Shown here: positions 33,571-45,600 of the stretch, piece after piece | Layout: each line of letters begins with the position of its first letter | Position numbering within the stretch: the first letter of the stretch is position 1 | Notes under the pieces: model-generated | The model's database searches: none | What the model saw: the letters and a program-made list of their open reading frames with translations, nothing else | What the model was told of the DNA's origin: nothing | Position numbers and translations under genes: made by a program | From: Centroscyllium fabricii | Taxonomy: Eukaryota | Direction: 5' to 3' | Assembly (NCBI GenBank): GCA_051313645.2 | Contig: JBNRSN020000118.1 | Coordinates: forward strand, 930,001 to 994,000 | DNA: 64,000 bases

Positions 33571-36500
33571 CTATGTGAGCCATTGAGGTGGCCGGATGAT
33601 GCGGCCGGCACGTGTTGTGTGTTGTTCCTGGTTCTGCGGTGGAGTGTGGGCATGTGTTGTTGCAGGAGGGCGTCCACGTTGCAGTGGTTGTGCAGGGACT
33701 GTCGTCTCGCCCGCTATAACGTGTGCCAGTTTGAGTCGGTCTATTGAAACAGTTTCTGTTCTGTTGCCTATTTGAAGCTGGAAAGCTTTAGCTCCCGCCT
33801 GAAGCGCTCTATAAGGGCCATCATATGGTGGCTGTAGTGGTGATCGGTGTCCGTCGTGCCGGACGAACACAAATTTTGAGTTTTTAATGCCGTCCGGTAC
33901 TCGTGCTGCCGGCTCTCCGTGCCGGGCCACTGGTAGTGGTTGGAACGCTCATGCCGGGTTGGCGAAGTCCTTTAGGTACTGGTCGGCTGACCAGGGAGCA
34001 TTTGGCTCAGCTAGGAACTCGCCCGGCACTGTTAGGGTTTGGCCGTAGACGAGTTCTGCTGCCGAGGCATTTAGGTCCTCTTTGACTGCTGAGCGCAGCC
34101 CGAGGAGGACCCATGGGAGATGGTCAGTCCATGATGCATCTTTGAGGGTGGCACGCAGTGATGTTTTCATAGAGCGGTGGAACCGTTCACAGAGCCCGTT
34201 AGATTGTGGGTGGTATGCGGTGGTTCGATGCAAGGTTACCCCGAGGTCGCGGGCGATGGCCGCCCATAGTGCTGACGTAAACTGAGGTCCTCTGTCGGAG
34301 GTGATGTCGGTGGGCACGCCGAAGCGGGCGACCCAGGTGGCGATGAACGCCCTGGCCAAGTCCGTGGTGCCGGTGGCAGCGAGGGGGACTGCTTCTGGCC
34401 AGCGAGTGTTGCGGTCGACCATGGTCATTACATGTGTGTGGCCCCGGGATGGCGGTAGTGGCCCGACGAGGTCGATATGGACGTGGTCAAAGCGTCTGGC
34501 CGGCACTGTAAATGTTTCCAGCGGTGCCCTGATGTGCTTGTGCACTTTGGAGTGCTGGCAGGCGATACAGGAGTTGGCCCAGGCGTGGACGTCTTTGCGC
34601 AGGCCGCGCCATACGAACCAGGCCGAGATTAGTTTAATCGACGTGCGGGTGCCGGGGTGGGACAGGTCATGGTGGGTCTTGAAGATGTGTCGCCTCCATG
34701 CGTGGGGGACGATGGGCCTGGGCTGCGGCAGGGATACGTCGCAGCAGACGGTTGTGGCAGCGGGGCCATGCGCGATTTTGGCCATGTGGATGCCGGGGAG
34801 GTTTGCTGCGGGGTTGAGCAGGTCAGGGTCGGCCCGCTGGTCTGCTGCCAGCTGGGTGTAATCAACCGCCATTTGGGCGGCGTTAATAGTGGGGCGTGAG
34901 AGGCAGTCAGCGACCACGTTGTCGCGGCCGGAGATGTGTTGAATGTCGGTCGTAAACTCCGACACGGCTGCGAGCTGGTGCTGCTGCCTGGCCGACCAGG
35001 GTTCGGCGACCTTAGCCATCGCGAAGGTGAGTGGCTTATAGTCGATGAAGGCTGTAAAGTGGCGTCCCTCCAAGAGGAAGCGAAAATGTCGCACTGCCAG
35101 ATGGAGAGTGAGGAGCTCCCTATCGAAGGCGCTGTACTTGACCTCTGGGGGCCGGAGCTGCCGGCTGAAAAAGGCCAGGGGCTGCCACGAGTTGCCGGTC
35201 CACTTTTCAAATACGGCCCCAACCGCGTGGTCGGAGGCGTCAGTGGTGAGGGCTACTCTGGCATTGGGCCTAGGGTGGGCTAGGAGGGTGGCATTAGCCA
35301 GGGTGGTTTTGGTTGCGGTGAAGGCGGTGTCGGCGTCGGCCGTCCACTCTACCGCAGTTTTGCCGGGCCGCCCGCGTTTGGCCTGGTATAAGGGGGCCAT
35401 GAGTGCGGCTGCTCCCGGGATAAAGCGGTTGTTAAAATTGACCATCCCCAGAAATTCCTGCAGCCCTTTAATGGAGTGCGGGCGTGGAAATTCCTGGACC
35501 GCCTGCACCTTGGAGGGCAGGGGTATGGCCCCGGTTTGAGAAATGCGGTGGCCGAGGAAGTCGATGACTTGGAGGCCGAATTTACACTTTGTGGGGCTTA
35601 ATATAAGGCCGTGTTCGACGAGGCACTGGAACAGGGTCCTGAGGTGCAGGAGGTGTTCCTGGGGGGAGGTGCTGGCCACGAGGATGTCGTCCAGGTAGAC
35701 GAAAATGAACGTCAAGTCCCGTAGGACCGAGTCCATGAGGCGCTGGAAGGCCTGGGCCGCGTTTTTAAGGCCGAAGGGCATCCTAAGAAACTCGAAGAGT
35801 CCAAAGGGAGTGATGACAGCCGTTTTAGGAATGTCCGCCGGGTGCACCGGGACCTGGTGGTAGCCACGCACCAGGTCGATCTTGGAGAAGATCGTGCAGC
35901 CCGCTAGTCTGGCGGAGAAATCCTGGATGTGGGGTACGGGGTACCTATATGGGGTGGTGGCATTGTTAAGGCGGCGGTAGTCACCTCAGGGACGCCAACC
36001 CCCGCCCGGCTTGGGGGCTATGTGGAGGGGAGAGGCCCAGGGGCTGTTGGAGCGGCGGATTATACCGTGTTGCTCTATGGTGCGGAACTCGGTGCGCGCG
36101 ATCTCCTGTTTGGCTGGGTTGAGCCTGCGGGCGTGGGCATGGACGGGAGGGCCTGTGGTGGTTATGAAGTGTTCTACCCCGTGTTTGGCCTGGCGGGCAG
36201 TGAACGTGGGGTTGGTTAGGGTGGGGAACTCTGCTAAGAGTGTGCCATAGGCGCCGGTGTTCCGAGAGCGGCATTGGGCGGCCGCGTGGGCCAGGAGTGC
36301 AGGCCCTGTGGAGCATGGGATGGTCGACATGTTATTGATGACGACCAGGCGGCGCCGGGTCATATCGACCAGCAGGCCGTGGGTGCAGAGGAAATCTGCC
36401 CCTAGGAGGGGTGAAATGACCTGGGCAGTAACGAAGTCCCAGTTATACGTGTGGCCTGCAAGTCTAATAGTGAGCTTGCGGGTGCTGTAAGTTTTTATAT

Positions 36501-37401
36501 TGGAGCCGTTGTCCGCTGCGAGTGGCGGGCCCAGGGTGCCTTGTTTGGCTTCTGCTGGGGAGGCTGGCACGATGCTGTGCTGTGCGCCTGTGTCGCAGAG
36601 GAACCGGAGGCCTGTGCCGCTGTCTGTGACAAAGAGCAGTGCTCCTGTGTGTCCTACAGACATAGTGGGGGCTGGGGTGGGCCGTGGCTTAAATGCGCAT
36701 GGCTGGACGCAGCGGTGCGCTCTGTTATCGAACCATGTGTGGTAGTAGCACCAGCCGGTGCTAGAGGGATGCGGTTGCCTGGGTGGGCACGGGGCCCTAG
36801 GTTCAGGCGTGAGGTTGGGCCTGGGGGGCGAGTGGTTGCGCTCGATAGATGCGGCGTTAGGGTCGCACGTGGTTGAGCGGGTGTGCTCTGCCGCCATGAG
36901 CCTGTCGGCTTCCTCAGCGAGCTCGTCGCCGCTCCGCTGGCCAAGGGCCGCCAAGGCCGGTCTGATGGAGCGGGGTAGTTTAAGGAGGAAAACGGTGCGG
37001 AACAGGGAGGCGGGATCGGCGGTGAGCACTTGCCTCTGACCCCACAGGTCTGATGGGTCTGTATCCCCGAGCTCAGGGAGGTTAAGGAGCTGGCAGTCGC
37101 GCTCGAATTGAGAGGGGGTAAACAAATTTATGAGCGCGGCCTTGAGGAACTCGTACCTGCCTGTAGTGGGCACACGCTGTAGTTTGGAACACATCCAATC
37201 AATCGTCGATTGCGGTAGGACTGAGAAGACCAGGTCGTAGCGGTCGTCCCCCTGGACGCCATGTGTGCGGCAGCTGGTTTCAATATACATAAACCAGGCC
37301 GCTGGCCATTGCTCCCAGAACTCTGGCAGGGTGAGTCTGTGCCCGAAGTTCTGGCCAAGTCCTTGGGTTCGTGGAGCTTGGTTCCTTGCTCTTGAAGCCA
37401 T
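33571..37401 (-). pseudogene. Element C gag-pol
   Basis: Same domain set as A and D. In-frame TGA at 35988-35986 (RP*GDY) and a frameshift near 33950. Confidence 0.92.
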
Positions 37402-39037
37402 GTTTTCCCTTTTTAAGTGTCCTTAGGCTGGTGATCCTTGATCCTGTGGCAGCTTTTTTTCTTTGGAAGTCGTTCCAATTCGGGGTCATCACTGTAGCGC
37501 CGGCAAGGCCTAGGAACCACGCTTGAGCCAGAGAGACAGAAAAAACACTTGTTTAATGCATCACAGTAACACAAGAAGAGAGTGAACCACTCGAAACAGG
37601 CTTATTTAAACGGCCCGCCGTTGGTGATGTCATCACGCCGGAAGTCGTGGTGATGTCATCGCGTCACCCGATGGGCGGGGCCATGCCCCGCAGTGTTCCT
37701 GAGGCGGATTCGGTGTCCTAGTGGACGTGCCGCCACAGCGGGCAGTTTAAATAAGCCTGCTCCTCGTGGTTCAGTCTCTTTCTTGTCTAGTAATGTAATT
37801 AAACGAGTGTTATCTGTCTCTCTGGCTCCTGTGTGGTTCTTGGGTCCTGCAAGCGCTACACAACTGAGAAATCTACACCCCTGGACTTTCTTTTGTGCCC
37901 AATATTGAGTGTGAATTCTCTCCCTGTCTAGGCTCACTGCACTTACCAAAGTGCAGAGACACAGGTTGGCAGAGCCAGGGTTACTGCTGAAGTCTAACCA
38001 GCTAACCCACATCGCCTCCCAGTGCAGAGGACTGACAAGCTTCTCACTACTTGTTCAACGTTGCCTATGCTACCTGTTAGGGTATTCACTTGCAAGCTTA
38101 CCACCATTGGAATGAAATGGGTAGAATTCTGATCCTGTAGCGCTTCTACCCCTCAAGGTTCCATTATTGACATTAACTAGGAGTGGTTGGGTCAGGTATT
38201 GGATTAGCAAACCTACCGAAGGTTGACTTGGTTCCTAACATCCTTCACCAAGCACATCATCCTTGGAGCCACTGTGACCCCAGAGAAGCCCCACTTTCCC
38301 CTCAAGGAAGAGAGTTGCTCATTGGTTATTAGACAACTGACAAGCATGGGTCTGAGCCATAGGAGGACAGCAGGTACCAGGAGTTCCTTATGAGTAGAAT
38401 GGTGAGCAGCACAGCTAATCATAGAATGTGTTGAGTGCTGTGCCACCATTCCCTTGTCCTCAGCATGGACACACACAACACAATGAATGGTGGTTCCACC
38501 AGTTACAAGTATTGAGCTTCAGCAGCTACTTGCTGCAACCCAAACATGTTGGGCATCGAGCCTTGGATATACGAGTGTGCATGTGTGTTGCCATACCTGA
38601 CCCTCGGGTAGCACCTTCCAGCAGTTGTCATCCCAAGTTTCAGAGATTTCTCATCAACCATGCAATGGAAAGCTGCCTGAAGCATGGTGGAGGGACCTGC
38701 ACCGGGTCATTATAGGTGTTCAAATCTAATCCACACACCAGGCTTACTCATCACCAACTGCTTAATCCAAATCCTCATGAGAAGGACTTTATCAATACAT
38801 GTACTCATTGACAAGTCTGTGTAGGGAAGAGCCCTCCATTCCTGCATCTGCTTTCCTGTTTTGTCACAGATCCACCTTAGATTGGTTCAGTTTCTGGAGT
38901 TCAGTAGGAGAACTATTTGGACACTACAAGCTTAACCTGCATCGGAACTTCGCCAACATCGAAGAAAAATGAGAAAGCACAAAGTTCCTTTCGATTGTGT
39001 CAAGACTCAATTTGGCTTCCAGCATGAACATGAACAT

Positions 39038-39432
39038 GGGTGGCACGGTGGCACAGTGGTTAGCACTGTTGTCTCACAGCACTGGAGACCCGGGTTCAAA
39101 TTCAGCCTCGGGTACTGTCTGTGTGGAGTATGCACATTCTCCCCGTGTCTGCGTGGGTTTCCTCCGGGTGCTCCGGTTTCCTCCCACAGTCCAAAGATGT
39201 GCGGGTTAAGTTGATTGGCCAGGATAAATTGACCCTTAGTGTTAGGGGGATTGAATATGTGGGATTACGGGGATAGGGTGGGATATGTGTCGATCGAGGG
39301 ATATGGGGAGAGGGCAGGAACAGGGTACTGAGTTTGGATGACAAGCCATGATCTCATTGAATGCCGGAGCAGGCTCGAGGGGCCGAATGGCCGACTCCTG
39401 CTCCTATCTTCTATGTTTCTATGTTTCTATGT
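39038..39432 (+). mobile_element. V-SINE (HE1-like), same family as 10434-10842
   Basis: tRNA head, V-domain and CR1 tail ending (TTTCTATG)n. Confidence 0.9.
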
Positions 39433-39685
39433 AAAAAAATGAACCAACAAATGAATCAGATGGCCTTGTATCCTCAAATCTATGTCTTTCTTGAGGGACA
39501 ATCATACCCCTTATCTCACTGGTTAGCACATTGTACTAGAGGGTGGATGCCGTCCACTCTATGCCCAGGTGAGTCCGCCAGCAACACATTATCATCTGAG
39601 AAAAGGAGCAGCAGGGTAATCGCAGAAATGGCAGAGACATTCCAGTTCAGCCTGTGCAAAGATTCAGCTTCTTGTTCACAGTCTG

Positions 39686-42600
39686 CAGGTGTTCATCATG
39701 TTGTGGTGCACACTGTACAGATGTTCATCATGTTGTGGTGCACACTGTACAGATGTTCATCATGTTGTGGTGCACACTGTACAGATGTTCATCATGTTGT
39801 GGTGCACATTGTACAGATGTTCATCATGTTGTGGTGCACACTGTACAGATGTTCATCATGTTGAGGTGCACACTGTACAGATGTTCATCATGTTGTGGTG
39901 CACACTGTACAGATGTTCATCTTGTTGTGGTGCACACTGTACAGATGTTCATCATGTTGTGGTGCACACTGTACAGATGTTCTTCATGTTGTGGTGCACA
40001 CTGTACAGATGTTCATCATGTTGTGGTGCACACTGTAAAGATGTTCATCATGTTGTGGTGCACACTGTACAAATGTTCATCTTATTGTGTTGCACACTGT
40101 ACAGATGTTCATCTTGTTGTGGTGCACACTGTACAGATGTTCATCATGTTGTGGTGCACACTGTACAGATGTTCATCATGCTGTGGTGCACACTGTACAG
40201 ATGTTCATCTTGTTGTGGTGCACACTGTACAGATGTTCATCTTGTTGTGGTGCACACTGTACAGATGTTCATCATATTGTTGGTGCAAACTGTACAGATG
40301 TTCATCTTGTTGTGGTGCACACTGTACAGATGAACATCATGTTGTGGTGCACACTGTACAGATGTTCATCATGTTGTGGTGCACACTGTACAGATGTTCA
40401 CCTTTTTTGGTGCACACTGTACAGATGCTCATCTTGTTGTGGTGCAAACTGTACAGATGTTCATCATGTGGTACACACTGTACAGATGTTAATCATGTTG
40501 TGGTGCACACTGTACAGATGTTCATCTTGTTGTGTGGCACACTGTACAGATGTTCATCATGTTGTAGTGCACACTGTACAGATGTTCATCTTGTTGTGGT
40601 GCACACTGTACAGATGTTCATCTTGTTGTGGTGCACACTGTACAGATGTTCATCATGTTGTGGTGAACACTGTACAGATGTACATCTTGTTGTGGTGCAC
40701 ACTGTACAGATGTTCATCATGTTGTGGTGCACACTGTACAGATTTTCACCTTCTTGTGGTGTACACAGTACAGATGTTCATCATGTTGTGGTGCACACTG
40801 TACAGATGTTCCTCATGTTGTGGTGCACACTGTACAGATGCTCATCATGATGTGGTGCACACTGTACAGATGTTCATCTTGTTGTGGTGCACACTGTACA
40901 GATGTTCATCATTTTGTGGAGCACACTGTACAGATGTTCATCATGTTGTTTAGCACAATGTACAGATGTTCATCATGTTGTGGTGCACACTGTACAGATG
41001 TTCATCTTGTTGTGGTGCACACTGTACAGATGTTCATCGTGTTGTGTTGCACACTGTACAGATGTTCATCTTGTTGTGGTGCACGAGGTACAGATGTTCA
41101 TCATGTTGTGGTGCACATTGTACAGATGTTCATCTTGTTGTGGTGCACATTGTACAGATGTTCACCATGTTGTGGTGCACACTGTACAGATGCTCATCTT
41201 GTTGTGGTGCACACTGCACAGATGTTGATCATGTTGTAGTGCACACTGTGCAGATGTTCATCTTGTTGTGGTGCACACTGTACAGATGTTCATCTTGTTG
41301 TGGAGCACATTGTACAGATGTTCATCATGTTGTGGTGCATACTGTACAGAAGTAAATCTTGTTGTAGTGCACACTGTACAGATGTTCATCTTGTTGTGGT
41401 GCACACTGTACAGATGCTCATCTTGTTGTGGTGCAAACTGTACAGATGTTCATCATGTTGTGGTACACACTGTACAGATGTTCATCATGTTGTGGTGATC
41501 ACTGTACAGATGTTGACCTTGTTGTGGTGCACACTGTACAGATGTTCATCATTTTGTGGTGCACACTGTACAGATGTTCATCATGTTGTGGTGCACACTG
41601 TACAGATGTTCACCTTTTTTGGTGCACACTGTACAGATGCTCATCTTGTTGTAGTGCAAACTGTACAGATGTTCATCATGTTGTGGTACACACGGTTCAG
41701 ATGTTAATCATGTTGTGGTGCACACTGTACAGATGTTAATCTTGTTGTGGTGCACACTGTACAGATGTTCATCATGTTGTAGTGCACACTGTACGGATGT
41801 TCATCTTGTTGTGGTGCACACTGTACAGATGTTCATCTTGTTGAGGTGCATACTACACAGATGTTCATCATGTTGTGGTGCACACTGTACAGATGTACAT
41901 CTTGTTGTGGTGCACACTGTACAGATGTTCATCATGTTGTGGTGCACACTGTACAGATGTTCATCATGTTGTGGTGCACACTGTACAGATGTTCATCATG
42001 TTGTGGTGCACACTGTACAGATGTTCACCTTGTGGTGTACACAGTACAGATGTTCATCATGTTGTGGTGCACACTGTACAGATGTTCCTCATGTTGCGGT
42101 GCACACTGTACAGATGTTCATCATGTTGTGGTGCACACTGAACAGATGTTCAACTTGTTGTGGTGCACAATGTACAGATGTTCATCATGTTGTGGAGCAC
42201 ACTGTACAGATGTTCATCATGTTGTGGTGCACAATGTACAGATGTTCATCATGTTGTGGTGCACACTTTACAGATGTTCATCATGTTGTGGTGCACACTG
42301 TACAGATGTTCATCATGTTGCGGTGCACAATGTACAGATGTTCATCTTGTTGTGGTGCACACTGTACAGATGTTCATCATGTTGTGGTGCACACTGTACA
42401 GATGTTCAACATGTGGTGGTGCACACTGTACAGATGTTCATCATGTTGTGGTGCACACTGTACAGATGTTCCTCATGTTGTGGTGCACACTGTACAGATG
42501 CTCATCATGATGTGGTGCACACTGTACAAATGTTCATCTTGTTGTGGTGCACACTGTACAGATGTTCATCATTTTGTGGAGCACACTGTACAGATGTTCA

Positions 42601-45600
42601 TCATGTTGTTTAGCACAATGTACAGATGTTCATCATGTTGTGGTGCACACTGTACAGATGTTCATCTTGTTGTGGTGCACACTGTACAGATGTTCATCGT
42701 GTTGTGTTGCACACTGTACAGATGTTCATCTTGTTGTGGTGCACGAGGTACAGATGTTCATCATGTTGTGGTGCACATTGTACAGATGTTCATCTTGTTG
42801 TGGTGCACATTGTACAGATGTTCACCATGTTGTGGTGCACACTGTACAGATGCTCATCTTGTTGTGGTGCACACTGCACAGATGTTGATCATGTTGTAGT
42901 GCACACTGTGCAGATGTTCATCTTGTTGTGGTGCACACTGTACAGATGTTCATCTTGTTGTGGAGCACATTGTACAGATGTTCATCATGTTGTGGTGCAT
43001 ACTGTACAGAAGTAAATCTTGTTGTAGTGCACACTGTACAGATGTTCATCTTGTTGTGGTGCACACTGTACAGATGCTCATCTTGTTGTGGTGCAAACTG
43101 TACAGATGTTCATCATGTTGTGGTACACACTGTACAGATGTTCATCATGTTGTGGTGATCACTGTACAGATGTTGACCTTGTTGTGGTGCACACTGTACA
43201 GATGTTCATCATTTTGTGGTGCACACTGTACAGATGTTCATCATGTTGTGGTGCACACTGTACAGATGTTCACCTTTTTTGGTGCACACTGTACAGATGC
43301 TCATCTTGTTGTAGTGCAAACTGTACAGATGTTCATCATGTTGTGGTACACACGGTTCAGATGTTAATCATGTTGTGGTGCACACTGTACAGATGTTAAT
43401 CTTGTTGTGGTGCACACTGTACAGATGTTCATCATGTTGTAGTGCACACTGTACGGATGTTCATCTTGTTGTGGTGCACACTGTACAGATGTTCATCTTG
43501 TTGAGGTGCATACTACACAGATGTTCATCATGTTGTGGTGCACACTGTACAGATGTACATCTTGTTGTGGTGCACACTGTACAGATGTTCATCATGTTGT
43601 GGTGCACGCAGTACAGATGTTCATCATGTTGTGGTGCACACTGTACAGATGTTCATCATGTTGTGGTGCACACTGTACAGATGTTCACCTTGTGGTGTAC
43701 ACAGTACAGATGTTCATCATGTTGTGGTGCACACTGTACAGATGTTCCTCATGTTGCGGTGCACACTGTACAGATGTTCATCATGTTGTGGTGCACACTG
43801 AACAGATGTTCAACTTGTTGTGGTGCACAATGTACAGATGTTCATCATGTTGTGGAGCACACTGTACAGATGTTCATCATGTTGTGGTGCACAATGTACA
43901 GATGTTCATCATGTTGTGGTGCACACTTTACAGATGTTCATCATGTTGTGGTGCACACTGTACAGATGTTCATCATGTTGCGGTGCACAATGTACAGATG
44001 TTCATCTTGTTGTGGTGCACACTGTACAGATGTTCATCATGTTGTGGTGCACACTGTACAGATGTTCAACATGTGGTGGTGCACACTGTACAGATGTCCA
44101 TCATGTTGTGGTGCACACTGTACAGATGTTCATCATGTTGTGGTGCACACTGTACAGATGTTCATCATGTTGTGGTGCACACTGTACAGATGTTCATCAT
44201 GTTGTGGTGCACAATGTACAGATGTTCATCTTGTTGTGGTGCACACTGTACAGGTGTTCATCATGTTGTGGTGCACATTGTACAGATGTTCACCATGTTT
44301 TGGTGCACACTGTACATATGTTCATCATGTTGTGGTGCACACTGTAAAGATGTTCATCATGTTGTGGTGCACACTGTACAGATGTTCATCTTGTTGTGCT
44401 GCACATTCTACAGATGTTCATCATGTTGTGGTACACATTGTACAGATGTTCATCATGTTGTGCTGCACACTGTATAGATGTTCAACATGTTGTGGTGCAC
44501 ACTGTACAGATGTTCATCATGTTGTGGTGCACACTGTACAAATGTTCATCTTATTGTGTTGCACACTGTACAGATGTTCATCTTGTTGTGGTGCACACTG
44601 TACAGATGTTCATCATGTTGTGGTGCACACTGTACAGATGTTCATCTTGTTGTGGTGCACACTGTACAGATGTTCATCTTGTTGTGGTGCACACTGTACA
44701 GATGTTCATCTTGTTGTGGTGCACACTGTACAGATGTTCATCATGTTGTGGTGCACACTGTACAGATGTACATCTCGTTGTGGTGCACACTGTACAGATG
44801 TTCATCATGTTGTGGTGCACACTGTACAGATGTTCATCATGTTGTGGTGCACACTGTACAGATGTTCATCATGTTGTGGTGCACACTGTACAGATGTTCA
44901 CCTTCTTGTGGTGTACACAGTACAGATGTCCATCATGTTGAGGTGCACACTGTACAGATGTTCCTCATGTTGTGGTGCACACTGTACAGATGTTCATCAT
45001 GTTGTGGTGCACACTGTACAGATGTTCATCTTGTTGTGGTGCACACTGTACAGATGTTCATCATGTTGTGGAGCACACTGTACAGATGTTCATCATGTTG
45101 TGGTGCACACTGTACAAATGTTCATCTTATTGTGTTGCACACTGTGCAGATGTTCATCTTGTTGTGGTGCACACTGTACAGATGTTCATCATGTTGTGGT
45201 GCACACTGTACAGATGTTCATCTTGTTGTGGTGCACACTGTACAGATGTTCATCTTGTTGTGGTGCACACTGTACAGATGTTCATCATATTGTGGTGCAC
45301 ACTGTACAGATGTTCACCTTGTGGTGTACACAGTACAGATGTTCATCATGTTGTGGTGCACACTGTACAGATGTTCCTCATGTTGCGGTGCACACTGTAC
45401 AGATGTTCATCATGTTGTGGTGCACACTGAACAGATGTTCAACTTGTTGTGGTGCACAATGTACAGATGTTCATCATGTTGTGGAGCACACTGTACAGAT
45501 GTTCATCATGTTGTGGTGCACAATGTACAGATGTTCATCATGTTGTGGTGCACACTTTACAGATGTTCATCATGTTGTGGTGCACACTGTACAGATGTTC

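Larger units (their letters stand above)
27877..37737 (-). mobile_element. Gypsy element C (CsRn1-type) inserted in the 3' LTR of A
   Basis: 5' LTR 37493-37737. 3' LTR split into 27877-27971 and 33380-33529. TSD GCGG (27873-27876 and 37738-37741). PBS TGATGACCCCGA at 37491-37480. Polypurine tract at about 33533-33541. Confidence 0.95.
17916..37860 (+). mobile_element. Gypsy LTR retrotransposon A (CsRn1/Kabuki-type), outer shell of the nest
   Basis: 5' LTR 17916-18151. 3' LTR split into 27760-27876 and 37742-37860. TSD CAAC (17912-17915 and 37861-37864). PBS TGGTGACCCCGA at 18153-18164 (tRNA-Trp 3' end). Polypurine tract GGGGGGGAG before 27760. Confidence 0.95.
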
